Assembly (NCBI RefSeq): GCF_009914755.1
Contig: NC_060940.1
Reading direction: 5' to 3' (one strand)
Source of the DNA: the human T2T-CHM13v2.0 reference genome, Homo sapiens
Length of the DNA stretch: 64,000 nt
The notes under the pieces were generated by a model. It searched no databases, was not told the DNA's origin, and saw only the letters and a list, made by a program, of their open reading frames with translations. A program made the translations under genes and the position numbers. Positions 27,071 to 42,352 of this stretch are shown here, piece by piece. How positions within the stretch are numbered: position 1 is the stretch's first letter; each line of letters opens with the position of its first letter.

Positions 27071-27205
27071 GTTTTAATTGACAAACAATAATTGCACATA
27101 TTCATGGGGTACATAGTGATGTTTCTATACATATACTGTATAGTAATCAGGTCAGGGTAGTTAACATATCTATCATCTCATTTCTTTGTGTCCGGAGAGT
27201 TCATT
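27071..27205 (-). mobile_element. L1MA 3'-end fragment
   Basis: ttttaattgaca..ttcatggggtacatagtgatgttt. Confidence 0.7.
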
Positions 27206-27534
27206 AATTTAAATTTAAGAACATGTGGCTTGTAACCTGATACTGTATTGTTGTATGGGATGGCTTTAGACTAGCAGCCTTATAAATACAGGGGCTAGGT
27301 CAGAAGTGTCCGTCCTTGTACCTAGGCTGATACTTAGCTGTTATAGATCAATTAGGACTCTGACTGATAAATTGCTACTGTCTCAAGCCCCAAAGTGTCC
27401 TCTATTCCCTGCTGTTCCATATGTTCTGCTTCCTTGAATTTACCCTTGATCCAGAACTAAAGGTTTAATGGTCCCCTGGGACTCTGCACAATGCCACAGC
27501 ATTCATCTATTCTAACTGGTTGGTGCCTAATGCA

Positions 27535-27835
27535 TGCTGATTATTCAAATAGTATATCACCTCTGATTATTTCCATGGCATCTACTGTAGTGCTGGCCCA
27601 TAGTTCACCATCAGTACTTGTTGGATATAATAATGGTCGGGCAGATAGAGGGATGGAAGAATGAAGAGATAGATAAATGCATCCACCTTTTGATGGGGTA
27701 TTGTGTAAGTGAGAGAAATATAACATCAACATTAGATGAAATACTGGTATGGGTCTTTCTGATGGCTGGTTTTTATTTCCTCAGTATTCGTCTTCAAAGC
27801 TTTCACTTCTACGTTGGTAGGTTTAGAATAATAGA
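27535..27835 (+). repeat. Local direct duplication B, copy 2
   Basis: Matches 25310-25602. Confidence 0.9.
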
Positions 27836-29629
27836 CTCCAGATCTATCACTGAATTCTAATGCCATATGCAGCACAGATTGCTATACATCTTCACTCATT
27901 TCTTTCTGTCACTTAAGGCTCCCAATGCATAACACTTGAAATCAGTCCACGTCTCACTCATTGACCCATGGGCACCACTCTCTTCTCAGGAACCTCAGTC
28001 CCAAGCCTTAGTTACTAACATTGTCTTTGTTTTTCATCCGCCACCAAATGATAAGTGAGTGTTTTATCTGTATCTTCTAAGAGACTTCTTTTCATTCCCT
28101 CTGTTGGCATATTGCTCCAGGGACTTCTTATTTACGTATCTGGGAATTCTTTCTAGGTAGTCTTCATACCTAAAGCCACCTTCCCTTGGATCCCAGCCAA
28201 CAGATTGCAGGACTAATATTCTTGAAACAAGAATATCGTCTAGTTGGTTGTTGAATAAGCTCATCCTTACCTAACATTTTATCTTTTCTCCATGAATCCC
28301 TCAATACATTTCATTCCAACTGGGCAAGTTCATCTCTTGATATCTAAACATGTTTATTTCCCAGCTCCAAGCACTTGCTACACTTGGTCTCACCAGTTGG
28401 GATAGCCTTTCCTATTCTTTTAGTCTACACTTCTATGTAGATCTCTGTTAAGCCCTCCTGATAATGAATTTTTCTCTGTTTATTTCAGCTACTTGATTGC
28501 CCCTTGTAGGATAAAGAAAATCCTAAGCCAATTTTCAACGTAGGAAGTTGACCCTATGATTATATTTTAGAACCTGGGTTTCAGTGGAACAGGCAGGAGT
28601 GGAACAGAGTAAGGAGGTATTGAAAGAGAAACAACAATAATTGCCTTCCAGGGAGACACAGTTCTCTCACATGCAAAATTCAGCAGATGGGTTGGAAGTG
28701 GAAGAGGTTAAAAGGCGCCAGTTGGAATACAAGAGGGAGAGAGAATGAGAACAGGCATGGCCTAGGGCATTACCTTAATTCAAGGCCAGGCACAGGGTGG
28801 GTTTCATGCCAGCTGCATTTAGAGTCTGTGGTCTGGAAGGACAAACTCATCTAGATAATGCTCATTGACCATCCCATTTGCTTTGACACTTCCCTGGCCA
28901 CCAACCACCCCCACACACTGTTGTTTACATTTCCCCTATGAATATCTCTTACCTCTCCTAAGCTGCTGCATAGCAGAGCTCTTTTCCCAGCTTCCCTCTG
29001 CATATAAGGGGCAGGAACTCTGCAGACCTTTTTCGATCGAATGAGTACATGAGCATGGGAGGAAAGAGAGAGAGAAAGAGAAGGCAGAGAGAGAAAAGAC
29101 AGAGAGCTAAAAGAAGAAATAACAATTCCTTCTGCTTCTTTATTGTTAGGACAGAGCAGGATAATAAAGAATGGAAGTTACAAGGAAGGTGTGTAAAGTA
29201 GTAGCATGGGTAAGGAAGAGGGAAGCCCAGGCAGCACCCCACTGTCAGCCTCGTTCTTCTTCATCATCTTACCCAGTTAAAATCTGCCATGGTGCTTATG
29301 ATGCTCCCTGATGACCAGTTTTACTGGGTGTGCACAATCTGTCTTCCCCACTGGACTGGAGGAGTTCTGAGGGCATGGGGTGTGTCAGTCTTGCTTGCTT
29401 CTGTATCCTTAGCACCTGTAAAAGTGACAAGCAGGTACATATTTTGAATGAGTTGTTCATTGAGTTGAATGAATTTGTGCTGTGAATGTTGATCACACTC
29501 TTTGTACTTTCAAATTATTCTTCTGTCATCCATGACTGCCGGTGGCAACCCCCATACCCCCAATCTAGATCAGTCTTTGAAAGATTAAGGGAGCAATGCT
29601 TGTGAATTGACCACACAGCTGTCTTTTGA

Positions 29630-30180
29630 AAACATTATTTATATGTTTATTAATTTTTCAATTTGCATAAATTTAGAGGTTGCAAGTACAGTTTCCATAC
29701 ATCATGGGTATGTTGCATAGTAGTGAAGTCTGTGCTTTTTTTTTTTTGAGATAGAGTCTCACTCTTTCACCCAGGTGGGAGTACAGTGGTGTGATATCTG
29801 CTCACCGCAACCTACATCTCCAAGATTCAAGCTATTCTTGTGCCTCAGCCTCTCAAGTAGCTGGTATTATAGGTGTGTGCCATCATGCTCAGCTAGTGTT
29901 TGTATTTTTAGTAGAGAAAGGGTTTTGCCATGTTGGCCAGCCTGGTCTCAAACTCCTGACCTCAAGTGGTCTGCCCGCCTCAGCCTCCCAAAGTGCTGAG
30001 ATTATAGGGATGAGCCACCATACTCAGCCAACTCTGAGCTTTTAGCGTCACCATCACCTTAATAGTATTCATTAAGTAATTTCTCATCCCTCACCTTCCT
30101 CCCGCCCTCCCACCCTTCTGAGTCTCCATAGTTCATGCTCTGTGTTCACAGGTACACTTCATTTAGCTCCCATTTACAAG
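29630..30180 (-). mobile_element. L1MA 3' end interrupted by an Alu
   Basis: tgcatagtagtgaagtctg | gcttttagcgtcaccatcacc..tttagctcccatttacaag. Confidence 0.75.
29736..30029 (-). mobile_element. Alu (S/J)
   Basis: Reverse dimer; TSD tctg(t/a)gctttt. Confidence 0.92.
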
Positions 30181-30268
30181 AACTACATAACTCTTAACAA
30201 CACATTTGACCAATCTGGCTTCAGTTTCCTGATTACAATACTGATAATGAGGAATTGAACTAGAATGG

Positions 30269-30694
30269 AGTGTCAATTTGTTCTCACATTGCTATAAAGA
30301 GATACCTGAGACTAGGTAATTTATAAAGAAAAGATATTTAATTGGCTCACAGAGCCACAGGCTGTACAGGAAGTATGATGCTGGCATCTGCTCAGTTTTT
30401 GGGGAGGCCTCAGGAAACTTACAGTTATGGCAGAAGGCAGAAGGCAAAGGGGGAGCAGGCACATCTTACATGGCCAGAGCAGGAACAAGAGAGGGAGAGG
30501 AGGCACCATGCACTTTAAACAACCAGATGTTGTTACAACTCATTCATTGCTGCAAGGACAGTGCCAATGGGATGTTACTAAACTGTTCATGAGAAACTGC
30601 CCCCATGATTTAATCACCTACCACCTGGCTCACTTCTGACGTTGAGGATTACCGTTCAACATGAGATTTGGGTGAGGACACATGCTCTATATCA
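30269..30694 (-). mobile_element. MSTA-like MaLR solo LTR
   Basis: gctataaagagatacctgagact..gagatttgggtgaggacaca; 5-bp TSD AATGG. Confidence 0.88.
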
Positions 30695-31020
30695 AATGGT
30701 CTTTAACTAGGGCCCCATCTAACTTCGAATTTAGAAAGCAAATGAGATATAGAAACTAGGCCACAGAAGAGAAGGTTGAAGGGAAGTATCATTATCTCAG
30801 CAAGACAGAGATGGATAAGTTACGACCAGAAGCAGTCAGTCCCTCCCTGGCCCACCTGTGTACAGAAATTAGCCCATTTTCTCTTGACAGGAGAGTGTAC
30901 TATGTAGCTAAATTAGGTTTGCAACTAAATCAGTACAGACATTTTGCTTTCTCTTTGCTATAATGAGAAACTAATATTAATATAATTTGATCTACATTCA
31001 TGGGTTGTAGTAAAGAATTA

Positions 31021-31325
<305 letters not shown>

Positions 31326-33962
31326 ACTAAGAATTATGGATAATGAAAGCAAATTTCACCTGCATTCACCTTCTATTAGCTTTAACACCTATGAGGTGAA
31401 ATCTTTGTATTTATCATTATCGTTCACCGGTTACCAACTGAAGAAAAACAGTAATGATATTTCTGCTGAATCCCTTCATTTAAACTAAAGAGTAGCTCTG
31501 CTTGCTGTCTCAGCTCAACCTGAGGATGTAGTGTTGTTTTCTGAAGACATTAGTGAATCTGGAATCACCTGATTCCTACTGGTGGTTCCTGTAGAAGACT
31601 ATGGAAGTCACAAAGGATGAACCAAAATTTTGGTAAAATAGGCTGGTTAATACGATATGGAAACAGGAATTTGGTTTTTCCAAATTCAGGAGGCTAGAAT
31701 TTCTTCCTACTTTTGAGAAGCTCCAAAGCAAAAAAACACAAACTTTGTCCATGTATAGATGGCCAGAATGGTTTTATTTTCCTAAAATATATGCCTAGTT
31801 TCTTTTGAATTCAGGTGGTTATTTGCAGATCCTTGCTTCAGAAAATACCAGCCCAACTCCATGCCTGGCTTACAGTTGGTACACAGTAAACAGTAACAAT
31901 GATTGCTGTTATTGCTATTTAAAATAATTATGTGCTGAGAAGGGATGTCCTCTCCCACTGACTGACTTGTGTGCGTGAGTGTGTGTGTGTGTACATGCAT
32001 ATGCATTGGCAGAAAATCGGTTAACTCTTATTGAACCTCAGTCCCTCTGTTTAAGGAGAATAAATTGTCTTGCAAAACTGCATGGTGGTACATTCTAGCT
32101 CAAGTTGCTATGACATTGATATGGAAGTCAACATGCTTATCTTGGTAATGCCATCATTCCTTCCTTCCTTCATTCATTGATTCATTCATAAATAGCTATG
32201 GAAAAATTTTGATTTTGGATTCTCGCTAGGTACTGAGGATATCATAGTAAACAAACAGATATGGTGCTGTACACTCATGATAACATTGGAAGATAAAACT
32301 TTAAAGTAAATAAAATAATCCATGTGAGATTAACTATCACAGACTAGCCAATACCAGGGAGGGCTCAGGAATGTAAGGATGTGATTAGTTTGACCAGATG
32401 TGAGAGAGGACCAAGGAGTATCCTAGATACAAGTACTTTCTTCTCTTTCTTTGTCCCAGCCCAGGTTTTCTCCTTTCTAATCTAGCTGGCTTTCTTCATC
32501 CTTCTCAGAGGGCATTCTCCTCTCAGGGTTGTTTCGTCTCCCAGCAATGACCATTTACGCTTCACAGGGACAGACTCTCCCACCAAGTCCATAAACCTGC
32601 ACTCTGTGCAGAATCATTGCCCATTTACAGCTGCTAATGCATTAATAACAGAAACGTCCGTGGCCATGACCTACCTGAGTCATTACACACTAATCATAGG
32701 AGGCAATTTCAAGCAGATTGACTAGTGATCGGTGTCCTCCCTGACGTCCAGGCAGGAGGACACACGACTGCCTTCACAACCCCAGAGCAGATGGCCCGAG
32801 AGCATAATCACACACTACAGCCGGTGCAGGTGTGGCTCCAGGAAGGGAAATCTCCATGTCTTGCATGCAAAGCTGGGCTCTCTCACCTGGAGGCTGTGCT
32901 CCAAATGCTCGTCTTTCATTTTGGAGCAGAATCCACATCTCAGGGACCTTCTTTGTGCTCGTTTTAAACTTATCACACAGACAGCTCTCTGAAGACATGG
33001 AGGAAATGAGATTCACCTGCACCTGAATGGCTCTAACATGCACCACTGTCCACAAGCCACTGTCGTTCCTTCTCCACTTTCCTCTGCAATCCCAGTCCAG
33101 ATGTATGGTCCAAAGCTGTGGTCATCATGGGCTTGTGATTTGTGTTATTATTTCTTCCCTGAAGCTGCTTAAGCATTGTTTTTTATTCATGTTGCTCTCT
33201 CATTCCCTGCGATCATCATTATAATGGCCACACAATATAACATCAGGATGATGTTTTTCCGCTTTATCTTAGAATATCTAGTAGGTTTCTGCTTTTCTCA
33301 CTAATACCAGAATCACTAGAGTTAATTACTTAGCACCTATAGAGTTTTCATCTTTGGGATAAGTGCCTGAGAAGTATAAGTCAAAGGATAGAAGCATCTT
33401 TATGACTTTGGATATATTTTTCTAACCCATTTTTTAATGGATTTGCTCATTTACGGTCAGTTCGTTGTATTTTGGGCTTTCTGCTCTTAGCTGCCTATTG
33501 TTTATTTGCCCATAATGAGGACTCAGATTATATTTAAGAGGAACTAGGCAATGACTTTGCAATTAGGAGTCAAATAGAATCTATACCTTCAAGAAACAGA
33601 ATAGAGAGGGAATCTTGGTTAGAAAATAACTCATTGCTCTATGACATGATAATGTCCAAGAAAAGAAAAAGGAGTTTCAGAATACATAGATTCTGGTGCA
33701 AGACATGATTTCTATACAGATTCAAGCCAGGAGCCTCTCTTCTTGACCGATCTGAGATGAATGCCATGTTATTTCTTGACAAAGGTTAGGAAATGAGGGG
33801 TCTAATGGCTCTTCAATCCCGTGGGTTACTGTTCTATCCATAAATTCATGTATAAGAACTTTGTTGCATGCACCGTGGTCCCAGTCTGCTTTTATGGGGC
33901 GTACACTCAGAAGACAGCTTCTGAAAATGATCTGGGTGGAAACGTATAAAGGTTGTGCATTG

Positions 33963-34402
33963 CCAATTTGCAGTTGCAAAAATCTGGAACCAGCCCTAAT
34001 GCCCATCAATCAATGAGTGGACAAACAAACTGTGACACAAACACACATAATGGAATACTACTCAGCCATAAAAAGAAATGAATTAGTGGCTTTTTCAGCA
34101 ACCTGGACGGGATTGGAGACTATTATCCTAAGGAAGGGAAAACAAAATATCGTATGTTCTGACTCATAAGTGGGAGCTAAGCTATGAGAATGCAAAGGCA
34201 TAAGAATGATGCAAGGAACTTTGGGCACTGGAGGGGAAAGGGTGGGAGGGGGATGAAGGATAAAAGACTACAAACTGGGTTCAGTGTATACTCCTCGGGT
34301 GATGGGTGCACCAAAATCTCACAGATCGCCACTAAAGAACTTATTCATATAACAAAATGCCACCTGTTCCCCCCAAAAACCTATGGTAATAATTTTTTTT
34401 AA
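33963..34402 (+). mobile_element. L1PB 3' end
   Basis: ggtgatgggtgcaccaaaatctcacagatcgccactaaagaac; TSD gttgtgcattg. Confidence 0.88.
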
Positions 34403-35169
34403 TGTTGTGCATTGTGAGGCCAAATAAGCTAGGATTATTTTTGGGTGTATATGCTCAATAGACCCTATGGGTCACATCTAGTAGTTCATTAAGATTCAAA
34501 TAAACAAAGCAGCAGTCCCAGTAGAAAATGCACAGCCTTGGAGACAACCAAATGAGGATTCAAATCTTGGCCCTCTATTCACTATGTATGCAAAGTAGGA
34601 AAGTTACTTAATCCTTCTCAGCTCCAGTTTCATCTTCTCTCATGAGGATGGCAATAGGAAACCATAGGTCTCTTGTGAAGATTAAATAAAAATTCCTTTT
34701 TGGGAGGAGGGGATGCCTGTTAGGGATAAACCTTTTACTATAGAGAATGGGACCCAAGGAGTATAGCTTGGGCAGTGATCATTTCAGCAAAAGGGAGTCG
34801 TGATTACTGCTCTGCTGAGTTAAAGAAAACCTTGTGCTCTGATAAGGAAGAAGAGAGAAGAGAGAAAATGAAAGACAAGGATCCAACCAACAAGTGGGTG
34901 GGAATCAGATGTCTATGTGAAAGAAAGAGTCCCTAGGAAATCAGCAGCTGGTTCTGAAGTTCAATTTGAAGTGGTTTGCTGTGTGGTAAACCAATCCCCC
35001 CGACTCTGTGTGCCCTTTTCTACCCTTCCCCCTGAAGTTAATCTTTCCTTTCAAAACTCATACTCATAATGGTTTGAGAGTGATCATGGATGGAAGTTAT
35101 TTCAAGTGCTGAATTCCTACCTGACTCCATGAAGTGGAAAGCAGTTGTTGTTCCTAGTCATTCTTAAGA

Positions 35170-35420
35170 TAACAGCTAACATGGTGGAAGTTTTGCTTAT
35201 GGGCCAGGCTGTGTACTAAGAAGTTTACAAGCATCACCTCATTTCATCCTTATAATGACTGAGTGAGATAGGTTCTGCTAATTATTACTCTTCTACAGAT
35301 GAGAAAACTGGAACTGGAAGAGGATACATAGATTTCTTAAAGTTAGACAGCATGCAAAAGCTGGAGCTGAGTTTGAATTCCACCCATCTCAACTGTGGAG
35401 TCTACGCTCTTGACCACTAT
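35170..35420 (-). mobile_element. MIR
   Basis: tacagatgagaaaactgga..tcttgaccactatac. Confidence 0.65.
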
Positions 35421-35606
35421 ACTAAACTCTTTCTATATGCAGAACTCTGAGACAAAAGTTCCAGTGGGACTGTAAGTCTCATCAAAGAAATAGTGACAAA
35501 GGCGATTGTCTTCATCAGGAGGTGGCCTTGAGGATTCTGGTGCCTGGAGACCTCAGCTAATGTCTGGGTTATATTTACAACTCCACTTCTTCAAAAGATG
35601 GATGAA

Positions 35607-35932
<326 letters not shown>

Positions 35933-36529
35933 CAAGGTGGATGAAGTTGATGACTGGTATGATTTTAAAAATATTGACTTCTACTGTGTAGCTTTCCTTC
36001 ATCTTTCCCTTCTTCCCCATGCAAAGAAAGATGAAGAACATGAGCACACTGTACAATAATGTATGTCTGTAGTTTAATACTACATATCTGTAGTTTAATA
36101 CTTAGTATGCAAATATTCTAATAAAAAAGTCATAAGGATAGGGAAGTAAAGGAAGGAGAACTATTCTAAAGTTCAAAAATACCTTATTATTCAAAGCACA
36201 TGGTCTTACTCCTGCGTAGTGGTGGCTGAAACAGATTGCAAGCTCCTTTCCTAAGGCTGACTCTGCAAACATGAGGTTTTGAAGAACTTGAAGGTTTCAC
36301 ACCTGCACAAAGGCTCCCAAGAAGCCTTGCACAGCAGCTCTCGTAGTACTGAGCTCAAAGTCACTGATGATTCTGTTCAAACCCTCTAGTCCCCACTATG
36401 AAGGCTTTGAAAAGGGATATGGTGAAAGGTGAGGAATCAGAATAGGGCCCCTAACATTCCTGTGATGCTCTTCCTCATCTCTTCCTTACTGGAATTGCTG
36501 TCTCACTATATCAAGCAGGGAACTACAGC

Positions 36530-37582
<1,053 letters not shown>

Positions 37583-38922
37583 TCTATCTGTTAATCTATC
37601 TTCTGTTTTCTATTCAGTGTTGCATAAATCTCAACCATTTGCTCAATTCTCTGGTGCATCAGAGAGTGCCACCAGTATGTCCTAAGTCCTGCAGAAATCA
37701 TGCAATTTTTTTTGTTTCACCTTTTTTTAAAAAAAAAAATTGTATTTATTTGTGTATTGCCCTGGAAATGTACAAATAGTTTCTTCTTCCCCTATTAAAG
37801 TTTGCTTGGTGGGGTCTTGCTGGTTCCTGAGTTTGCCTTGGCTGCCATCTTCCATCCTACCTAGGATGACACCATTTGTTTCACATAAGTTTCTCATGCA
37901 TGAGAGGCTGACATTCTTAATAGTTCTGTCACTCCTGTTACAACAGGCTGCTGAAAAGAAACAAGCGATGCCTGCAGGAGATAGGGCTGTCTCAGCGGTT
38001 TGTGTAACACCAATGGGGTGTGAGGTAGCAGGAAAATAATTAGTTTAGTTAGATGTAAATGGAAGACGAATGAAGAAAGTGCTAATATGTGGATGCCTGG
38101 GAGAAGGGGTGGCCTGCCTCATTTAAGGTTTGAGGAAGAATAATTGAATGAATAGCTATGAAAATGAAAGCAATATTAAGAGACTTGTATGGCAACGTAG
38201 AAGGCGGGAAGAGCTAAATTCGATCAACCAGCATTTACTGAGTGTTTATTATGTACCTGTCACTGTGTGAGGCATTTTAGCTACACTGGTGGGAAAAAAT
38301 AATGGTAAGACATAAATAAGACTTTAGAATCTCCGTGGAAGTCAAAATTTCAGAACATATGAATGCACAAACAGATATTAGAAAGGTTGGATAGCAATTG
38401 TAAGCTACATTAATAGGCAAAACTATTAGGGATGGCAGGAATAATGTTGAATATAGGAGACATGACTGACTGTGACGATAGCTAGTTGATTTAAATTCTC
38501 AGCACATTACTTCTTTCCTTCATAAAATGTTCATGTCACAGCATAGCGTGCTGTTATATCTTCATACACACACATGCACACACATACACATACACATCTG
38601 GTCAAGGCTTGTGAGGCCACATTAGGGGTTCTGGGAACAGGAAGGTAGTGGAGAAAAATTCCCTCTCCTAACCATTTAGTGTATAGGAGTCTACTGTTTT
38701 AGTGAATAGTTCAGAGAACTTAAAGGTGTTCAGAGAAGAGAAAGTCAGCATAAACCATGCCGTGGACTAGAAGGGTAGATGAAAGGTGTTGGAAAAATGT
38801 AGAGATGAATCCTTCATTGATGATGCCCATCTCTTATGAAAGTTATAGAACATAGATGATCAATATATTAGCTACACCTTACAGAACATGGGCCATTCTA
38901 ACAGATCATAATCATTATTTAA

Positions 38923-39301
<379 letters not shown>

Positions 39302-40182
39302 AGACATTCTTTCCTTTGCTATACTCTTTCATATTGTTTAAAGCTGTTTTGTTCTTTGGATCTGATAGTTCTGTTGTTTTAGTCCTGAGATTTCTCCATT
39401 TCTTTTCTGCTTTTTATTCAGTGTTTTTTCAAATCTCCCTTTGTCATCATAGCTTCTCTTTGCCTCACATTCTTTTCTATCACTTGTCAAATTTCTCATC
39501 AGCTTTTCATCCTTGATTTTTCAGAGTTTGGTTTACGAAATGGTCCAGTCATTTCTACACCTCTGAAAAACTCTTAAAATTAAAAAATATATATATCAGA
39601 AATGGATACAGGCTTATTTTCGTGGATGGACTTAAGTTTAGAATAGGTGGCATATGTTTAAGTTTTTAGATCACAGACATTAGGAATTGGCTTTTAAAAG
39701 ATGTTACATCAACGAATGGTTAGAAAGCAGTAACATCTTTTCTACAAAGATACTTGTCATCTGTCAGATTTATTTATCAGTTAATAATAAAGTGATTTTT
39801 CATATCACTAGATGATTTTCTACTGTCTCATTAGTTGAAGAAATCAAAAGAAAGCCACCCTATGCTAACTCATAGAAGGGCATAACTATTTAGTACCCCG
39901 AGGGCCAAAGAACAATTAAAGTGAATTAAAATTATTTCTTTTTTGGTGGGGGTAGGGGGGAGCAGGAAACAGAATGACTAGACTCCGAAGGATTTTTCTA
40001 GAGAAATATTTTAACCATTGAGTAAATTTTCCTTGATTAAAGAAGGAAATAACAACTTGGAGAGGAAATCTAAGTATTACTTTAGGGTTATTGAGAGATG
40101 CCGGCTAGTGGTACTTGGAAAGATAAGGACAACTTGTCAGCCACTCCACAGAGAAGTAGTTTTATTAAAAGTCAACGAAAGT

Positions 40183-40494
<312 letters not shown>

Positions 40495-41454
40495 CTAGAA
40501 TCGTCATTATATATTGAGAAATAAGATTCAATATCCCATAGATTTAGGCACTCTTCACATCTGTGTATCTGGATTGGGTCATAGGGAGTTTTATTCCAGG
40601 CTGAGTGAAATAAGACAGAGGACAGGCAAGTAGATTTCTTCTTGCTTGCCAGTTCTCATTCGCAGAGGATCCCTGTAGTTCTGTTGAGAATTCATTGGAA
40701 CTCAGCCGGAAAGTGCTGAGATTGATTAGCAATGTCTTCCATGGGTACAGGAAGGGGAGGTGGCAGGTAACATATATACCAGCTTTTGCCATTCTGCTCT
40801 AGACAGAAGAAACTTTTCCCCTGTGGTCAAAGAGGGAGAGATATTTGCTTCTGGAGACTGGATCTACTTGGGTTGGTGAATGCATTTTAAGATGACCTGG
40901 TTTCATATTACTGTCAAGCAAGAGAGAACAGTGTCATCCTATAATGTCAGGAGTAATGTTACAGTTCAGTTGGGAATACCTATTATGCCTGTTAGTATTT
41001 CTAACTAAATCCCCTTTCGATGTGATAGTTTAATTGTAGGAACATTTTTCTGCAGTTTTGTTTAGGGAATACTGCTTGCTTAGCGCTTAATCCATTTATA
41101 CTATTGGATTCTGTTGCAAATGACACTCACACTGGAATGTGTGTTAGACACGTAAGGCAGACGGGAAGATGGTTCCATTCATTTCAGAGAAATGGGAGGC
41201 AAAAGTGAGTAGGATGGCTTTGAAGGTGGTGGTCTTATGTTTGAATGCGCGTCAGGCCCCAGGTGGTAGGTCTTGGTACTGCATGCTGCTTTATTCATGC
41301 ATCTCTCTAAACAAATACGTCCTCAGAGAAGAGAGCCAGGAGAGGGAGGAAGTTCTAGAAATGTGCTATTGGTAAATATACCTAAAGACAGTGGCATTTC
41401 TTTAACCATGTTCATCATAATGAGAAATGCAGTAAATATGAAAATAAAAAATCA

Positions 41455-41838
<384 letters not shown>

Positions 41839-42081
41839 CTATGTCCATATGTCCATCATTGTTCTCCAGGTATTGCCTGGTTTTCCAGCCTCACAGTAGG
41901 CAGTGGGTGAGAGACGCAGCATGATGGGAGAATGAAGCCCATTCATAGTGGAATCAAGCCTCCATCTTTGACCTCAGTCTGTGACCTTGGCAGCTTCTTG
42001 ACTCTGTGAGCCTTGGTTTCCTCTTTTGGTAAATGGAACAACAAATGGATACTTGCAAATAAGAAGGCTTAAATAACTGTG

Positions 42082-42352
<271 letters not shown>

